Positions 18,589 to 31,247 of a DNA stretch of 64,000 nt are shown here, piece after piece. The position numbers and the translations under genes are program-made. The stretch is from Thermoanaerobaculia bacterium (GTDB lineage Bacteria > Acidobacteriota > Thermoanaerobaculia > Multivoradales > Multivoraceae). The notes beneath the pieces are model-generated. The model did no database searches. It saw nothing but the letters and a program-made list of their open reading frames with translations, and was not told the origin of the DNA. Position 1 is the first letter of the stretch. Each line of letters starts with the position of its first letter. The stretch lies in contig OY762911.1 in the NCBI GenBank assembly GCA_963666565.1, forward strand, positions 3,744,001-3,808,000. Reading direction: 5' to 3'.

Positions 18589-20402
18589 TGTTCACCTCCC
18601 TCGTCTTCGGGTTCCTGCAGTTCGGCCAGCCGCCCCTCGATCACGCCGCGCATCCAGTCGAGCGCCGGGCGCATTTCTTCCGGCACCTGGGCCGACTGGG
18701 CCTGCATCTGCTGGAGAACCGTCTCCAGTTGCGCCGGGTCCTCGATCCGGGCGATGGCTTCCGCCTGAGACATGAGTGCCGTCCGCATCTCCGGCGGCAG
18801 CGCTTCCAGTTCGGCCGGCGTCTCCTTCGCTTCGGTTCCCTCCTCGCGGTAGTACAGGCTCACCAGACGCTTCGAGGGCTCGAAGTACTTCGCCGCCACC
18901 CGCTGCACGTCCTCGGCGGTGACTTCGTTCGTCCGCTCCGCGACCCTGTTCAGATAGCGCCAGTCGCCCAGCGCGTCCATGACCGCCAACTGGATCATCA
19001 GGAAGAACGGATCCCGGAGTTGCCGGTAGGTATCGGCCGACACCCGGTTCTTCACCTTGGCCAGTTCGTCCTCCGGGACCGGCTCGGCGATCAGTTCCGC
19101 GACGATCCCGTCCCAGGCGGCCAGGAGCTGCTCGGGAGTGGCATCGCCCTTCGTCTCGGCGCGCAGATTGAAGACGCCGGCGTACTTCCTCGCCTCGTAG
19201 AAGGCGCTGGCGCTGGACGCGATCTCGGCGCCCTCCACGACCCGCTCGTAGAGACGCCCGGTGCGGCCGTTCAGGACGCCCGCGACGACGTCGAGGGCGT
19301 AGCCGTCGCCGTGGCCGAACGGCACGGCGTGATAGCGCACCTGGAGCTGGGGCTGGCAGTCGCACTCGGCCGTCATCCGCTTCTCGGCCAGTTGCTCGGC
19401 CTCGAGGGTGACGACGTCCGGCGCAGGCCGCTCGGCCCGGGCGAGGCGGCCGAAGTAGCGTTCAGCCAGGCCCCTCACCTCGGCCGGGTCGAAGTTGCCG
19501 ACCAGCACGGCGCTCAGGTTGTTCGGCGCGTAGTAGGTGGCGAAGAACTCGTCGGCCTGGGACTTGCCGATCACCTCCAGGTCGGACGCCCAGCCGATAA
19601 CCGGCCAACTGTACGGATGGGACTGCCAGAACATGGCGTCCGCCTGCTCGTCGTAGCGTCCGGTCGGCGTCGACTCGGTGCGCAGGCGCCGTTCCTCGTA
19701 GACCACGTCGCGCTCGGCGTAGAACTCGCGGAACACCGGATTCAGCAGGCGGTCGGACTCCAGCCAGAACCAGAGTTCCAGCCGGTTCGCCGGCAACTGG
19801 TTGATGTAGACCGTGAAGTCGTTGCTGGTGAAGGCGTTCAGGCTCGTGCCGCCGCCGTCGGTGTAGACCTTGTCCAGCTCGTCCTTGACCATCAGCTCCC
19901 GCTGCTCTTCCACGAGTTCCTGGAACTCGGCGCGCAGCGCGTTCAGGGCGTCGGTGCGGTGGGCCGGGTCGTACGGGTCGTCGATCTCGCCCAGGCGCCA
20001 GCGCCGGCGCTGCTCCCGGAGTTCGGCGCGGATCTCCTCCTGGACCGCCTCCTGTTCCGCGACGATCTCGAGATCGCGCTCGATGTCCTTCGTGCCGATC
20101 GTGTGCGTCCCCTTGAACATCATGTGCTCGAAGAAGTGGGCGAGGCCGGTGATCCCCGGCCGTTCGTTGGCCGAGCCGACGTGCGCCACCCAGCCCGCCG
20201 CCACTGTCGTCAGCTCCGGGCGGCTCACGAGCAGGAAGCGCATGCCGTTGTCGAGTTCGAACTCCTCCACCGGCACGGCGGCCGCGGTGGCGGCGTCCTG
20301 CGCCGCGACGCCGCCGGGCGAGACGGCAACGAGAGCGATCGTCGCGAGCAGGGCGGCGCCGATGGCCGCAGGCCCCCTCGCCCTCCCGGGAAGCGTCGTC
20401 AC
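18585..20402 (-). CDS. M16 zinc peptidase, catalytic subunit, exported
   Basis: GLAHFFEHMMFKGT (HxxEH), NAFTS, ERDVVYEERR and YYAPNN; signal peptide. Confidence 0.9.
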   Translation of the reverse strand: MTTLPGRARGPAAIGAALLATIALVAVSPGGVAAQDAATAAAVPVEEFELDNGMRFLLVSRPELTTVAAGWVAHVGSANERPGITGLAHFFEHMMFKGTHTIGTKDIERDLEIVAEQEAVQEEIRAELREQRRRWRLGEIDDPYDPAHRTDALNALRAEFQELVEEQRELMVKDELDKVYTDGGGTSLNAFTSNDFTVYINQLPANRLELWFWLESDRLLNPVFREFYAERDVVYEERRLRTESTPTGRYDEQADAMFWQSHPYSWPVIGWASDLEVIGKSQADEFFATYYAPNNLSAVLVGNFDPAEVRGLAERYFGRLARAERPAPDVVTLEAEQLAEKRMTAECDCQPQLQVRYHAVPFGHGDGYALDVVAGVLNGRTGRLYERVVEGAEIASSASAFYEARKYAGVFNLRAETKGDATPEQLLAAWDGIVAELIAEPVPEDELAKVKNRVSADTYRQLRDPFFLMIQLAVMDALGDWRYLNRVAERTNEVTAEDVQRVAAKYFEPSKRLVSLYYREEGTEAKETPAELEALPPEMRTALMSQAEAIARIEDPAQLETVLQQMQAQSAQVPEEMRPALDWMRGVIEGRLAELQEPEDEGGEQ

Positions 20403-20487
20403 AACCTGTTCTCCTTTTCGGCCCTTGGCGTCGGCTGCGGGCGCCAGCCACTCTACCGCCTCGCCGGGCGCCGCCGGGCAGAGAGCG

Positions 20488-20517
20488 TTGACATCCGCGC
20501 CCCGACCCGGCTAGTGT
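20488..20517 (+). promoter_or_regulatory. Sigma70-type promoter of groESL
   Basis: TTGACA at 20488-20493, an 18-nt spacer, and TAGTGT at 20512-20517. Confidence 0.65.
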
Positions 20518-20543
20518 CAGCACTCGCGCGGGAAGAGTGCTAA
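20517..20543 (+). promoter_or_regulatory. CIRCE element (HrcA operator)
   Basis: TCAGCACTC-N9-GAGTGCTAA, one mismatch to the consensus TTAGCACTC-N9-GAGTGCTAA, upstream of groES. Confidence 0.93.
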
Positions 20544-20656
20544 CAGCGACCGCCGCCAGACAGCCGGCGCCGCCGGCATCCGCAGCCTCGCACGGCCACT
20601 CGTTCCACCGCAACGACACCATCCACCGACACCAACCCAACAGGAGGAGATCGCCG

Positions 20657-22610
<1,954 letters not shown>

Positions 22611-22636
22611 CCAAGCCGGCTACCGGCAAAGCACCC

Positions 22637-22664
22637 AGGGCGGCCCTCCGGGGCCGCCCTTTTT
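22637..22664 (+). terminator. Intrinsic terminator after groEL
   Basis: 10-bp stem AGGGCGGCCC/GGGCCGCCCT, TCCG loop and a T-tract. Confidence 0.88.
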
Positions 22665-22702
22665 CGTCCGGCTCGATGTAGCGGCCGAGTGCGCCGGCGG
22701 CT

Positions 22703-22770
22703 GGGTGCGCGGGTCTTCCGACCCGCTGCCGCCGAAGGCGGCCGGAAGAACGCGCCGGCCGAAGGCCGGC
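22703..22770. repeat. REP-like copy with the conserved TGCCGCCGAAGGCGGC extension
   Basis: GGGTGCGCGGGTCTTCCGACCCGC followed by a second hairpin also seen in the copies near 14970, 35290, 58405 and 63585. Confidence 0.85.
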
Positions 22771-23619
22771 TCAACTCTGGTTGCCGTCCAGCAAGGCCGC
22801 GATCACGTCATCCACCGCCACACCCTCCGCCGCGCCGCGGAACCCGGCAAGCCGCAGGTACGCATCCGCCGCGGCGCGATGGAACCCGTCCGGCAGCCCC
22901 GCCGCCTCGAGGGTCGAGGCGATCTCCTCCATCTCGCCGGCGAAGCGCCACGCCTTCGGAGCGGCCGTCGCCGCCGCTCGCACGCTCCTCTTCTCCAGGC
23001 CCGGCTGCGATCTCGCCCATTCCCCGAGCAGGCCCTCCTCGACGCCGTAGGCCCGCGCCGCGGCCCGGAGCGAAAGCAACAGCGCCGCGCTGCCCTTCGT
23101 GAAGCCGGCGTAACACATCTTGAGCGCGGAGGCGGCGCCGGCCTCCGCCCCGAGGTCGATCGCCTCGAGCGCCGAACCGGCGAACAGGGCCGCGACCTCC
23201 GCCGCCCCGTCGCCCGAAAGATAGAGCCGCGTCGTCCCCGGCCGAACCGCCGGCGGCCCGACGATGCCGCCGTCCACGAACCGCGCGCCGCCCGCCGCGG
23301 CGGTGCCCGCGATATCGAGCGCCGTGGCGGGCGACACCGCGTTCGCCTCGAGATAGAGGCCGTTGAAGCCGGTTGCGGCGACCGCCTCGGCCAGCGCCAG
23401 GGCGCCGTGGGGAGGGCAGACCGAGAGCACGGCGTCGGCGGCCGCCGTCACGGCGGCGAGCGTCTTCAGATCATCGAAGCCGGCGCCCGCGGCCCGGGCG
23501 CGGGTTTCCCGGCTTCGCCCCTCGGACGCCCACACGACCCGGACCGGCTCTCGCACCGCCACGCCGACGGTGACGCCCATCGCTCCCGGATGGAGAAGCC
23601 CGATGGTGGCGATCGTCAA
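22771..23619 (-). CDS. NAD(P)-dependent oxidoreductase, 6PGD/HIBADH-like with DUF1932-type C-terminus
   Basis: GLLHPGAMG, FVDGGIVGPP, ASALKMCYAGFTKG and KAWRFAGEMEEIA. Confidence 0.85.
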   Translation of the reverse strand: MTIATIGLLHPGAMGVTVGVAVREPVRVVWASEGRSRETRARAAGAGFDDLKTLAAVTAAADAVLSVCPPHGALALAEAVAATGFNGLYLEANAVSPATALDIAGTAAAGGARFVDGGIVGPPAVRPGTTRLYLSGDGAAEVAALFAGSALEAIDLGAEAGAASALKMCYAGFTKGSAALLLSLRAAARAYGVEEGLLGEWARSQPGLEKRSVRAAATAAPKAWRFAGEMEEIASTLEAAGLPDGFHRAAADAYLRLAGFRGAAEGVAVDDVIAALLDGNQS

Positions 23620-23647
23620 GGCAACGCGCGCGGGTAAACAAACCGCC

Positions 23648-24640
23648 TCAACCGCCCGATGTCTCCGCCCTCGCGGCCGCCGCGGCTTCGGCGTCCTCGG
23701 CGCGGGCGCCGCGCAGCAGGTTCAGCATGCCGTAGTTTCCCTCGTGACAGGCGTACTCGAACAGGGGCAACGGGTTCCTGCTCATCGGAATGACCGCTGT
23801 CCAGGGACCCGCGAAGGACTCCGGGTCGTCGATCGTGTACTCGTAGACGAGGCGGTCCTCTCCCACCCGGGTGAACCTCTCCGTCAGGCGCATGTTCGGC
23901 CCCGAACCGCGAAAGCTCGTCTCGCCGGTGAAGTTCGTCGAGACCACGACCAGCGTGTCGCCCTCCCAGTGACCCCGGGGATCGCCCCGCCACTGGCGCA
24001 CGTCCTCGGGCAGCGGGGCACGCCCGTCGAGCGGCACGATCCGCGAGTCGTGGACCATCTCGACCAGGAGCACGACCGTGTCCTCGGTCTGGAAGATCTG
24101 GACGTTGTTGTTGTAGGCGCTCGGGCTCATCGGCGGGCCGGCGTTGAAGCCCAGGATGCAGCGCTCGGCGACGCCGCGATCCTCCGGGCCGTGGGCCGGC
24201 CGGCGGCGCGCCGCCGTCCTCTCGGCGACTCGCCGCTTCGCCACCTCGGTCAGCTCGGGAATCCGGCCGTCCGGCGGATCGACGATGAGCGACGTCCGCC
24301 GGTCCTCGGTCAGCTTGTCGCCGTAGTCCCACCAGAACTGGTTGTAGGCGTTCGCCACGTCGGCCTGGGCCGAGAGGCCGTCGCTCGTCCGGCGATCCTT
24401 GTTCCGCCGCGCGAGCGTCCGCTGCTCGAACTCGGCCGCGGCCTCGGCGCTGCCGAAGCGCTCCTGCTCGCCGAGTTCCTCCGGCCGCTCGAGCGGCGTG
24501 ATCGTCCGGAAGTCCCAGACCCCGCGCAAATCGGGCGCTCCCCAGGGCGTCCGCTCCTGTTCCGGCGCGCCCTGCGCGACGAGGGGCGTCCCGGCCAGCA
24601 TGACGATGGCGAACGCTGCGATCGGCGACTTCCTGCCCAT
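23648..24640 (-). CDS. Exported hypothetical protein, ACHEGNY family paralog 3
   Basis: GGGAGG before ATG 24640; RTPWGAPDLRGVW, TPLERP, YNQFW, ERC and FEYACHEGNY. Confidence 0.85.
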   Translation of the reverse strand: MGRKSPIAAFAIVMLAGTPLVAQGAPEQERTPWGAPDLRGVWDFRTITPLERPEELGEQERFGSAEAAAEFEQRTLARRNKDRRTSDGLSAQADVANAYNQFWWDYGDKLTEDRRTSLIVDPPDGRIPELTEVAKRRVAERTAARRRPAHGPEDRGVAERCILGFNAGPPMSPSAYNNNVQIFQTEDTVVLLVEMVHDSRIVPLDGRAPLPEDVRQWRGDPRGHWEGDTLVVVSTNFTGETSFRGSGPNMRLTERFTRVGEDRLVYEYTIDDPESFAGPWTAVIPMSRNPLPLFEYACHEGNYGMLNLLRGARAEDAEAAAAARAETSGG

Positions 24641-24726
24641 GCGAGTCCCTCCCTTGACGGCGTGGTCCGAGTGTAGCCCGCGAGGACGGGATGAGCCGAA
24701 CACCGAGCCTGCGAGGGTTCGGGACG

Positions 24727-26052
24727 CTACCCGGCGGACCCCGGCTCGCCCGCCAGCACGGACCGGTCCGGCGGCCGGCAGAACCAGATGGACGCCGCGC
24801 CCATGACCGCCAGGGCGGCGAGGGCCCAGAGCGTGCCCGCGTAGGAACCGGTTCGATCCGCCGCGGCGCCGGCCAGAACCGGCCCGAGAGCGCCGATGAC
24901 GCCGATCAGGGCGAGCCGGACGCCGGTGGTGCCGACGAATCCCGCCCGGCCGAAGAACCAGCCGAACACGACGACCTCGCTCGTGTACGCGGTGCCGTAG
25001 GCAACGCCGATCGCGAAGACGCAAGGGTACGCGACGACCGCGGAGTCCGCCGACACGAAGACCGAAAGGGCGACCGCGTTGACCAGCAGGGCCAGCGCGA
25101 GGACGCGCGTCGGCGCCATGAAGTCCCCCAGCGAGCCGGCCAGCCGGCCGAACAGGCTGGACCCCACCCGCGCGCCCAGAATCGCCGACGCGGCGAGCGT
25201 CGTGAAGCCGAGATCCTCCAGGTGGAGGCCGCCGTGGGCGGACATGACCCGCCACGGCACGGTGTTCGCTGCCGTCGCGAAGGTGGCGATCCAGAACTGG
25301 GGCGTGCGGAGCGCGCGCAGCACGACGCCCTTCGGCGCCCGCCCGCCAGGCGCTTCGGGGCCGCTCTCCGCCAGCCCTTCCGCGGCCGGACGGCCCGAAC
25401 CGCCAGGTTCCGGAGTCTCGGCATCGTCCGGCGGCAGCCCGTCGCGACGTTGGCCGAGGTCGGCAGGCTGATTGCGGATCAGGAGCACGGCGATCACCGC
25501 GACGAAGAGAGAGATCCCGCTGACGATCTGCCAGCCCACGCGCCAGTCCCACGACTCGAGCACGAGCCCGGCCACCGGCGGCCACAGGAAACCGACGACC
25601 CCGGCGCCCGTCAGGATGATCCCCGTCGCCCGCGCCCGATACCTGCGGAACCAGAAGACCGGGATCGTCTGGGCGGGCAGCAGAGTCGAGAAGCCGATCC
25701 CGATGCCGCCGACGAGGGAGTAGCCGACGTAGAGTCCCGTCGCGCTCGTCGCCTGGCTCACCACCCAGAAGCCGCTGGCGGCGCACAACGCCCCGGCCGT
25801 CACCGTGGCCCGGAGGCCCCAGCGACGGATGACCGCCGCCGCGACCGGACTGACGAGGCCGTACGTGAACGTGAACGCCCCGAAGATCTCGCCGATCTGC
25901 TGGCGGGTCAGCCCCAGATCCTCGATCAGCGACGACGCGAAGACGCCCAGACCGTAGTAGGCCGGAGCGATGCCCAGGCCGTAGATCAGGAAGCCGATGC
26001 CGACCATCGGCCAGCCGTAGAACTTCGGCCGGAATCCGCGCAAGGGGCTCAA
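24727..26052 (-). CDS. MFS transporter
   Basis: About 12 hydrophobic segments; FYGW start and WFRRYRARATG motif. Confidence 0.88.
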   Translation of the reverse strand: MSPLRGFRPKFYGWPMVGIGFLIYGLGIAPAYYGLGVFASSLIEDLGLTRQQIGEIFGAFTFTYGLVSPVAAAVIRRWGLRATVTAGALCAASGFWVVSQATSATGLYVGYSLVGGIGIGFSTLLPAQTIPVFWFRRYRARATGIILTGAGVVGFLWPPVAGLVLESWDWRVGWQIVSGISLFVAVIAVLLIRNQPADLGQRRDGLPPDDAETPEPGGSGRPAAEGLAESGPEAPGGRAPKGVVLRALRTPQFWIATFATAANTVPWRVMSAHGGLHLEDLGFTTLAASAILGARVGSSLFGRLAGSLGDFMAPTRVLALALLVNAVALSVFVSADSAVVAYPCVFAIGVAYGTAYTSEVVVFGWFFGRAGFVGTTGVRLALIGVIGALGPVLAGAAADRTGSYAGTLWALAALAVMGAASIWFCRPPDRSVLAGEPGSAG

Positions 26053-26056
26053 GTCG

Positions 26057-27106
26057 TCAGGCTCCTCCGGTTCCGGCCGCGCCCGCGCCGGCGGCGGGCG
26101 GCGGCGAATCGGCGTACAGGTGGCAGGCGACCCGCGCCGGGCCGACCGCCTCGAGCAGGGGCGTCACGCGGCCGCAGTGGCCGAGCGCCTTCGGGCAGCG
26201 GGGGTGGAAGCGGCAGCCGGACGGCGGGTTGCGGACGCTCGGTACTTCACCGGCGATCAGGCGGTGGGCCCGCGCCGCCTCGGCCACGGGATCCGGGGTT
26301 GGCACGGACTCCAGCAGCGCCTCCGTGTAGGGGTGCCGGGGCCGCTCGAACAGTTCGTCGCGCTCCGCGACCTCGACGATCCGGCCCAGGTACATCACGC
26401 CGATCCGGTCGCTGATGTGGCGCACGACCGACAGGTCGTGGGCGATGAAGAGATAGGTCAGGCCAAGCTGCTCCTGCAGGTCCATCAGGAGATTGAGCAC
26501 CTGCGCCTGGATCGAGACGTCGAGCGCCGACACCGCCTCGTCGCAGATGACCAGATCGGGCTCGAGCGCCAGCGCGCGGGCGATGCCGATGCGCTGCCGC
26601 TGTCCACCCGAGAACTGGTGCGGGTAGCGGTCCGCCATCGCCGGCAGCAGGCCCACCAGATCGAGCAGCTCCGCCACGCGCTCCCGGAAACGCCGGCGGC
26701 TGCCGGCCAGGCCGTGGACCTTGAGCGGTTCGCCAACGATCTCCCGCACCTTCATGCGCGGGTTGAGCGACCCGAACGGATCCTGGAACACCATCTGCAT
26801 CCGCCGCCTGACGCCGCGAAGCTGCTGCTGGCTCCAGGCGGTCACGTCCTCGCCGCCGAACACGATCCGGCCGGCGGTCGGTTCCAGCATGCGGAGGATG
26901 GCCAGCGCGGTGGTCGACTTGCCGCAGCCGCTCTCCCCCACCAGACCGAACGTCTCGCCGCGCCGGAGCTCGAACGACACTCCGTCGACCGCCTTGACGG
27001 CGCCGACCCGCCGCCTCACGATCACTCCCTCGGTGACCGGGAAGTGGACCTTCAGGTCCTCGACGCGCAGCAGCGTCGCGTCCTCGTCAACGGCGGACCG
27101 GCTCAT
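26057..27106 (-). CDS. Oligopeptide/dipeptide ABC ATPase (DppF/OppF-like)
   Basis: [27 protein letters not shown] and C-terminal GCRFHPRC; ATG overlaps the upstream stop. Confidence 0.93.
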   Translation of the reverse strand: MSRSAVDEDATLLRVEDLKVHFPVTEGVIVRRRVGAVKAVDGVSFELRRGETFGLVGESGCGKSTTALAILRMLEPTAGRIVFGGEDVTAWSQQQLRGVRRRMQMVFQDPFGSLNPRMKVREIVGEPLKVHGLAGSRRRFRERVAELLDLVGLLPAMADRYPHQFSGGQRQRIGIARALALEPDLVICDEAVSALDVSIQAQVLNLLMDLQEQLGLTYLFIAHDLSVVRHISDRIGVMYLGRIVEVAERDELFERPRHPYTEALLESVPTPDPVAEAARAHRLIAGEVPSVRNPPSGCRFHPRCPKALGHCGRVTPLLEAVGPARVACHLYADSPPPAAGAGAAGTGGA

Positions 27107-28089
27107 GACGCCGCCTTGTAGCCGTAGCAGGCCCATGCCCGCCCATCCGCGGCGGTCTCCAGGAGCGGCGCCGCCTCCACGCAACGCTCCCGCACATGGG
27201 GACAGCGCGGCGCGAAGGCGCAGCCCGCCGGCAGCGCCGCGAGGTCGGGCGGCTGGCCCTCGATCGACTCCAGGCGGCCACCGGCGTCGCCCTCCAGCCG
27301 GGGCACCGAGCGCAGCAGCCCCTGGGTGTAGGGGTGGCGCGGGTCCGCGTAGAGCGCGGCGGCCGGCCCGCTCTCGACGATCCGGCCGCCGTACATGACC
27401 GCCACCCGGTCGGCGTAGCGGGCGACCACGCCGAGATCGTGCGTGATCAGGATGAGCGCCGAGTCGGTCTCCCGCGTGCGCTCCTTGAGCAGTTCCAGGA
27501 TCTGCGCCTGGACGGTGACGTCGAGCGCCGTCGTCGGCTCGTCGGCGATCAGAAGCCGCGGGTGGCACGCCAACGCCATCGCGATCATCACCCGCTGCCT
27601 CATGCCGCCCGAGAACTGGTGCGGGTAGTCGCCGAGCCGCTGCGCGGCGTCCGGAATCGCCACCGACCCGAGCAGCCGGGCCGCCTCCTCCAGGGCCTCG
27701 CTCCGCCTGAGCCCCCGGTGCAGGCGAAGCGGTTCCGCCACCTGCCGACCGATCGTGAGCACCGGATTGAGCGAGGACATCGGCTCCTGGAAGATCATCG
27801 CGATGCGGTTGCCGCGGACCGAGCGGATGCCGGCGTCGTCGAGCGCCAGCAGGTCCCGTCCCTCGAAGAAGATCCCGCCGCTCTCGATCCGCCCCGGCTC
27901 GGGGACGAGCCGCAGGATCGAGAGGGCGGTGACGCTCTTGCCCGATCCGCTCTCTCCCACGATCGCCAGCGTCTCGCCGGGCGCGACCTTGAAGGAGACG
28001 GAATTCACCGCGCGCACCGGCGGCCGACTGCCGAAGCCGGAGCGGAAGGCGACGTTCAGGTCCTCGACCCGGAGCAGAGGTTCCGTCAC
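27103..28089 (-). CDS. Oligopeptide/dipeptide ABC ATPase (DppD/OppD-like)
   Basis: [27 protein letters not shown] and GCAFAPRC. Confidence 0.93.
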   Translation of the reverse strand: MTEPLLRVEDLNVAFRSGFGSRPPVRAVNSVSFKVAPGETLAIVGESGSGKSVTALSILRLVPEPGRIESGGIFFEGRDLLALDDAGIRSVRGNRIAMIFQEPMSSLNPVLTIGRQVAEPLRLHRGLRRSEALEEAARLLGSVAIPDAAQRLGDYPHQFSGGMRQRVMIAMALACHPRLLIADEPTTALDVTVQAQILELLKERTRETDSALILITHDLGVVARYADRVAVMYGGRIVESGPAAALYADPRHPYTQGLLRSVPRLEGDAGGRLESIEGQPPDLAALPAGCAFAPRCPHVRERCVEAAPLLETAADGRAWACYGYKAAS

Positions 28090-28208
28090 AACGGGTCGGG
28101 CGCCTCCTTCGGCGCCGGCGGCCCGGTACCCTCGCCGCTTCGCGGGGCGCCTTCCCGGAAGCCGGCCGGGAAGCCGGCGCGCCCGGTGGCCACGGTACGC
28201 ACCGCCAT
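28086..28208 (-). CDS. Candidate 40-aa bridging mini-ORF containing a REP-like hairpin (28161-28186)
   Basis: ATG overlaps the SBP stop (TGATG) and TGA overlaps the GTG start of the dppD-like gene (GTGA); sequence [13 protein letters not shown]...APDPL. Confidence 0.35.
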   Translation of the reverse strand: MAVRTVATGRAGFPAGFREGAPRSGEGTGPPAPKEAPDPL

Positions 28209-30175
28209 CAGAAGCCCATCTCCCGCTTCATCTCCCGGTCGATCCATAGCCTCGCGTAGATCGGACCGGGCCGCACCGCGCCGGCCCGCAGCTCGCCGCC
28301 GTAGTTCTTCACCCAGGGCCACCAGGCCGTGTAGATGTAGGGCACGGGCAACCAGAGGTAGGGCGCCTCGTCCAGCATCTCCCTCGTGATCCGCTTGACG
28401 ATCCGCTGCCGCTCGGTCTCGTCGCGGGTCAGGAACATCTCGTGGATCCGGCGGTCCAGCTCCGGGTTGGACCACATCGACGGGTTCCAGGTCTGGCCGG
28501 TGACGAAGTTCTTGCGGAGCGTGGTCGTCGGGTTCACGTGGCCGCTGGCCATCAGGTAGCCGGGACCGTGGGTGCGGGTGGTCATCATCGACAGGTAGGC
28601 CGCGTACTCCACGACCTCGATCTCGATCGTCACCCCGACCCGGTCCAGGTAGCTCGCCAGCAGAGGCGCCAGCTCCATCCGCATCGCGTTGTTGGCCGAC
28701 ACCTGCATCCTGAAGGTGAAACCGTCGGGGTAGCCGGCCTCGGCGAGCAGGCGGCGCGCCTTCTCGGGCTTGTACTCGAACAGTTCCCGCACGGACTCCG
28801 GCATCGCCTCGAGCGGCTCGAAGTAGCCCTCCCACGTAGGATGCTGCGGGTAGGCGAATAGCTCGGCGTTGCCGCCGAAGAACAGGTCGACGATCTCCCG
28901 CTGGTTGACCGCCAGGTTGATCGCCCGCCGAACCCTCACGTCGTCGAACGGCTTCTGGTCGACCCGCATGACCATGAAGGTGCCGCCGGTCGACAGCCAC
29001 CGCGACCAGCGGAGTTCCGGGGTCGTCTTCTTCAGGTGGTCGACGGCGATCCACCGGATGTACTCCAGGATGTCCAGCTTGCCCGTGCGAATGGCGGTCA
29101 GGTAGGTCGCCTCGTCCTTGATCGTGCGGTAGGTGAGCTTGTCGATGAACGGGATCTCGTAGCTCTCGCCGCCGACCGTCGTCCGGTCCCAGTAGTCCGG
29201 CCTGCGGACGTAGGTCTGGGAGTTGCCGGGGATGAACCGCTCCAGCGAGAACGGGCCGGTGCCGGTGACGTTCCGCCAGTCCTTGGCGTCCACGTCGCCA
29301 AGTTCCCTGGGCACGATGCCCGAGAAGTAGCCGTAGCCGAAGCGGTAGTCCCACTCGGCGTTGAACTCGCCGAACTCGAAGACGACCGTGCGGTCGTCCC
29401 TCGCCGCGACGCGGTCGATGTGATCGAAGTAGGTCGGGATCGCCTTCGGACTGTCGCGCTGGCGCTCGTAGCTGAACACGACGTCGTGGGCGTCCAGTTC
29501 CCGCGCCTCCATCACTCCGGGCTTGTCCGGGAACGTCATGCCGCGCCGGACGTCGATGACCAGGGTCAGCGGGTCTTCCCATTCCCAGCTCGCGGCGACT
29601 TCTCCGCGAATCGTCTCGGGCGACATGTACGCCTCGGAGACGAATCGCTGATCGCCGCCCCGGACGGCGGCCTGGTCGAGGTCGCCGACGAAGAGCTGCT
29701 CGTACAGCATCCCCGTGTCGTGGTTCTGCTTCCAGTTCCAGTCCGTCGTGTCCCAGGACAGGGCCGACAGGGTGACGTAGACGGTGCCGACGTTCAGCTC
29801 GCCGCCGTACCGCGGCGGTTCCACCGGGGCCGGGCCGGGCTCGTAGGAAAGGTCGGCGCCCATGTCGGTGCCTCCGGCGAGCGACGGGGACCGGGCGGGG
29901 GGCGCGTCGCCGCACGCGCCCACGAGAAGGGCCAGGGTCACCGGAAGCACGACGCCGCCGAGGCGTCGTTCAACTCGACATCTTGAGCCGGCGTGAGCCT
30001 TCCAACCGAGGCGGGTTTGGGGTCGAAGCGGCAGGCGCGTTCGTCGCCGCTTCGCGAAGCGTTTCCTGGCCGCCCGCGGCGGCAGCCGGCAAGGACGCCG
30101 GCGCACCCGGTGCGGCGGGGCGTCCTCGGCCAACATGCTCGTCGGGCTGAGGCGAACCTCCGTCAGTTCTCTCAT
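28208..30175 (-). CDS. Family 5 ABC substrate-binding lipoprotein with a long N-terminal extension (start uncertain)
   Basis: [25 protein letters not shown] and [15 protein letters not shown]. The lipobox LLVGAC lies more than 80 aa after the coupled ATG at 30175. Confidence 0.88.
   Translation of the reverse strand: MRELTEVRLSPTSMLAEDAPPHRVRRRPCRLPPRAARKRFAKRRRTRLPLRPQTRLGWKAHAGSRCRVERRLGGVVLPVTLALLVGACGDAPPARSPSLAGGTDMGADLSYEPGPAPVEPPRYGGELNVGTVYVTLSALSWDTTDWNWKQNHDTGMLYEQLFVGDLDQAAVRGGDQRFVSEAYMSPETIRGEVAASWEWEDPLTLVIDVRRGMTFPDKPGVMEARELDAHDVVFSYERQRDSPKAIPTYFDHIDRVAARDDRTVVFEFGEFNAEWDYRFGYGYFSGIVPRELGDVDAKDWRNVTGTGPFSLERFIPGNSQTYVRRPDYWDRTTVGGESYEIPFIDKLTYRTIKDEATYLTAIRTGKLDILEYIRWIAVDHLKKTTPELRWSRWLSTGGTFMVMRVDQKPFDDVRVRRAINLAVNQREIVDLFFGGNAELFAYPQHPTWEGYFEPLEAMPESVRELFEYKPEKARRLLAEAGYPDGFTFRMQVSANNAMRMELAPLLASYLDRVGVTIEIEVVEYAAYLSMMTTRTHGPGYLMASGHVNPTTTLRKNFVTGQTWNPSMWSNPELDRRIHEMFLTRDETERQRIVKRITREMLDEAPYLWLPVPYIYTAWWPWVKNYGGELRAGAVRPGPIYARLWIDREMKREMGF
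30085..30110. repeat. REP-like variant (GCCGGC-AAGGAC-GCCGGC-GCACCCGG) within the SBP N-terminal extension
   Basis: Same GCACCCGG tail with an alternative stem; nearly identical to the copy at 63668-63693. Confidence 0.75.
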
Positions 30176-31068
30176 GTTCCTCTCATCCGCGGGTCGAGCA
30201 AGTCGCGCAAGGCGTCACCGAAGACGTTCGCCGCGTAGACGACGACGGTCAGACAGATGCCGGGCGCCAGCGCCAGCCACGGCCCCAGGTACAGGTAGGT
30301 GCGGCCGTCGCCGGAGAGCATCCCGCCCCAGGTCGGCGCCGGCGGCGGCACGCCGAGGCCCAGGAACGAGAGCGCCGCCTCCGAGAGGATGACCGCGCCG
30401 ACGCGGGTCGTGAACAGGACGATGACGACCGGCATCACGTTGGGCAGGACGTGGCGCCGCAGGATGTGGAACGTCCCGGCGCCGATGGACTGCGCCGCGT
30501 GGGTGTAGACGTGCTCCCGCACCGAGGTCACCGCGCCGCGCACGATGCGCGATCCGGCAATGCCGTAGAGCAGGCCCAGGATGATCACGATCTGCGTGAC
30601 CCCGGGGCCGACGACCGACACGATGACGATCAGGAGCACCAGGTCCGGGAAGGTCATCCAGGCGTCGACCAGCCGCTGCGTCAGCATGTCGAACCAGCCG
30701 CCGAGGTAGCCCGAGAGGACGCCGATGACGATCGAGACCACGGTCGCCAGCCCGGCGGCGCAGAAGCCGACGATCATCGACAGTCGCGCCCCCATCAACA
30801 CCCGCGAGAACAGATCGCGTCCGAGGTGGTCCGTGCCGAGAAGAAACTGCCAGGACGGAGGCTCCAGCCGATGCGCCAGGTCCGTCTCGTTGATGCCGTA
30901 CGGCGCCAGCACGCCCGCGAAGACACCGGAGAACAGGAAGACAAGGAACACGACCGCGCCGGCGGCACCCAGGGGCTTGGTGCGGAACAGCCGGACCGTG
31001 AAGTCCAGCCACGGCGCGCGCTCGCGCGCCGGCAGGACGTTCGGAGCGGCGGCGGCAACGGTGGTCAT
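30172..31068 (-). CDS. Peptide ABC permease (DppC/OppC-like)
   Basis: LGTDHLGRDLFSR, HVLPNV, EAALSFLGLGVPPP and FGDALRDLLDPR. Confidence 0.93.
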   Translation of the reverse strand: MTTVAAAAPNVLPARERAPWLDFTVRLFRTKPLGAAGAVVFLVFLFSGVFAGVLAPYGINETDLAHRLEPPSWQFLLGTDHLGRDLFSRVLMGARLSMIVGFCAAGLATVVSIVIGVLSGYLGGWFDMLTQRLVDAWMTFPDLVLLIVIVSVVGPGVTQIVIILGLLYGIAGSRIVRGAVTSVREHVYTHAAQSIGAGTFHILRRHVLPNVMPVVIVLFTTRVGAVILSEAALSFLGLGVPPPAPTWGGMLSGDGRTYLYLGPWLALAPGICLTVVVYAANVFGDALRDLLDPRMRGT

Positions 31069-31247
31069 CGACAGCTCATCCGTACCGCTCGACCGCTCAT
31101 CCGCCGCGCTCGATCGCTCATCCGCCGCGTGCGACGGCTCACGCGCAGCGCTCGACGGCTCACCCGCACTGCGCGAGGAATCGTCCGTGCCGCTTGACGG
31201 CTCACCCGCGGCACGCGACGGCTCACCTGCACTGGGCGAGGAATCAT
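31065..31247 (-). CDS. Candidate 60-aa Arg-rich heptad-repeat mini-ORF
   Basis: MIPRPVQ VSRRVPR VSRQAAR TIPRAVR VSRRALR VSRRTRR MSDRARR MSGRAVR MSCR; ATGA overlaps with both flanking permease genes. Confidence 0.45.
   Translation of the reverse strand: MIPRPVQVSRRVPRVSRQAARTIPRAVRVSRRALRVSRRTRRMSDRARRMSGRAVRMSCR

Noticed and set aside
17065-20402. M16 pair as the PQQ-maturation protease PqqF/G
   Set aside because: Both subunits carry signal peptides and no pqq genes are nearby; a generic exported M16 heterodimer is more likely.
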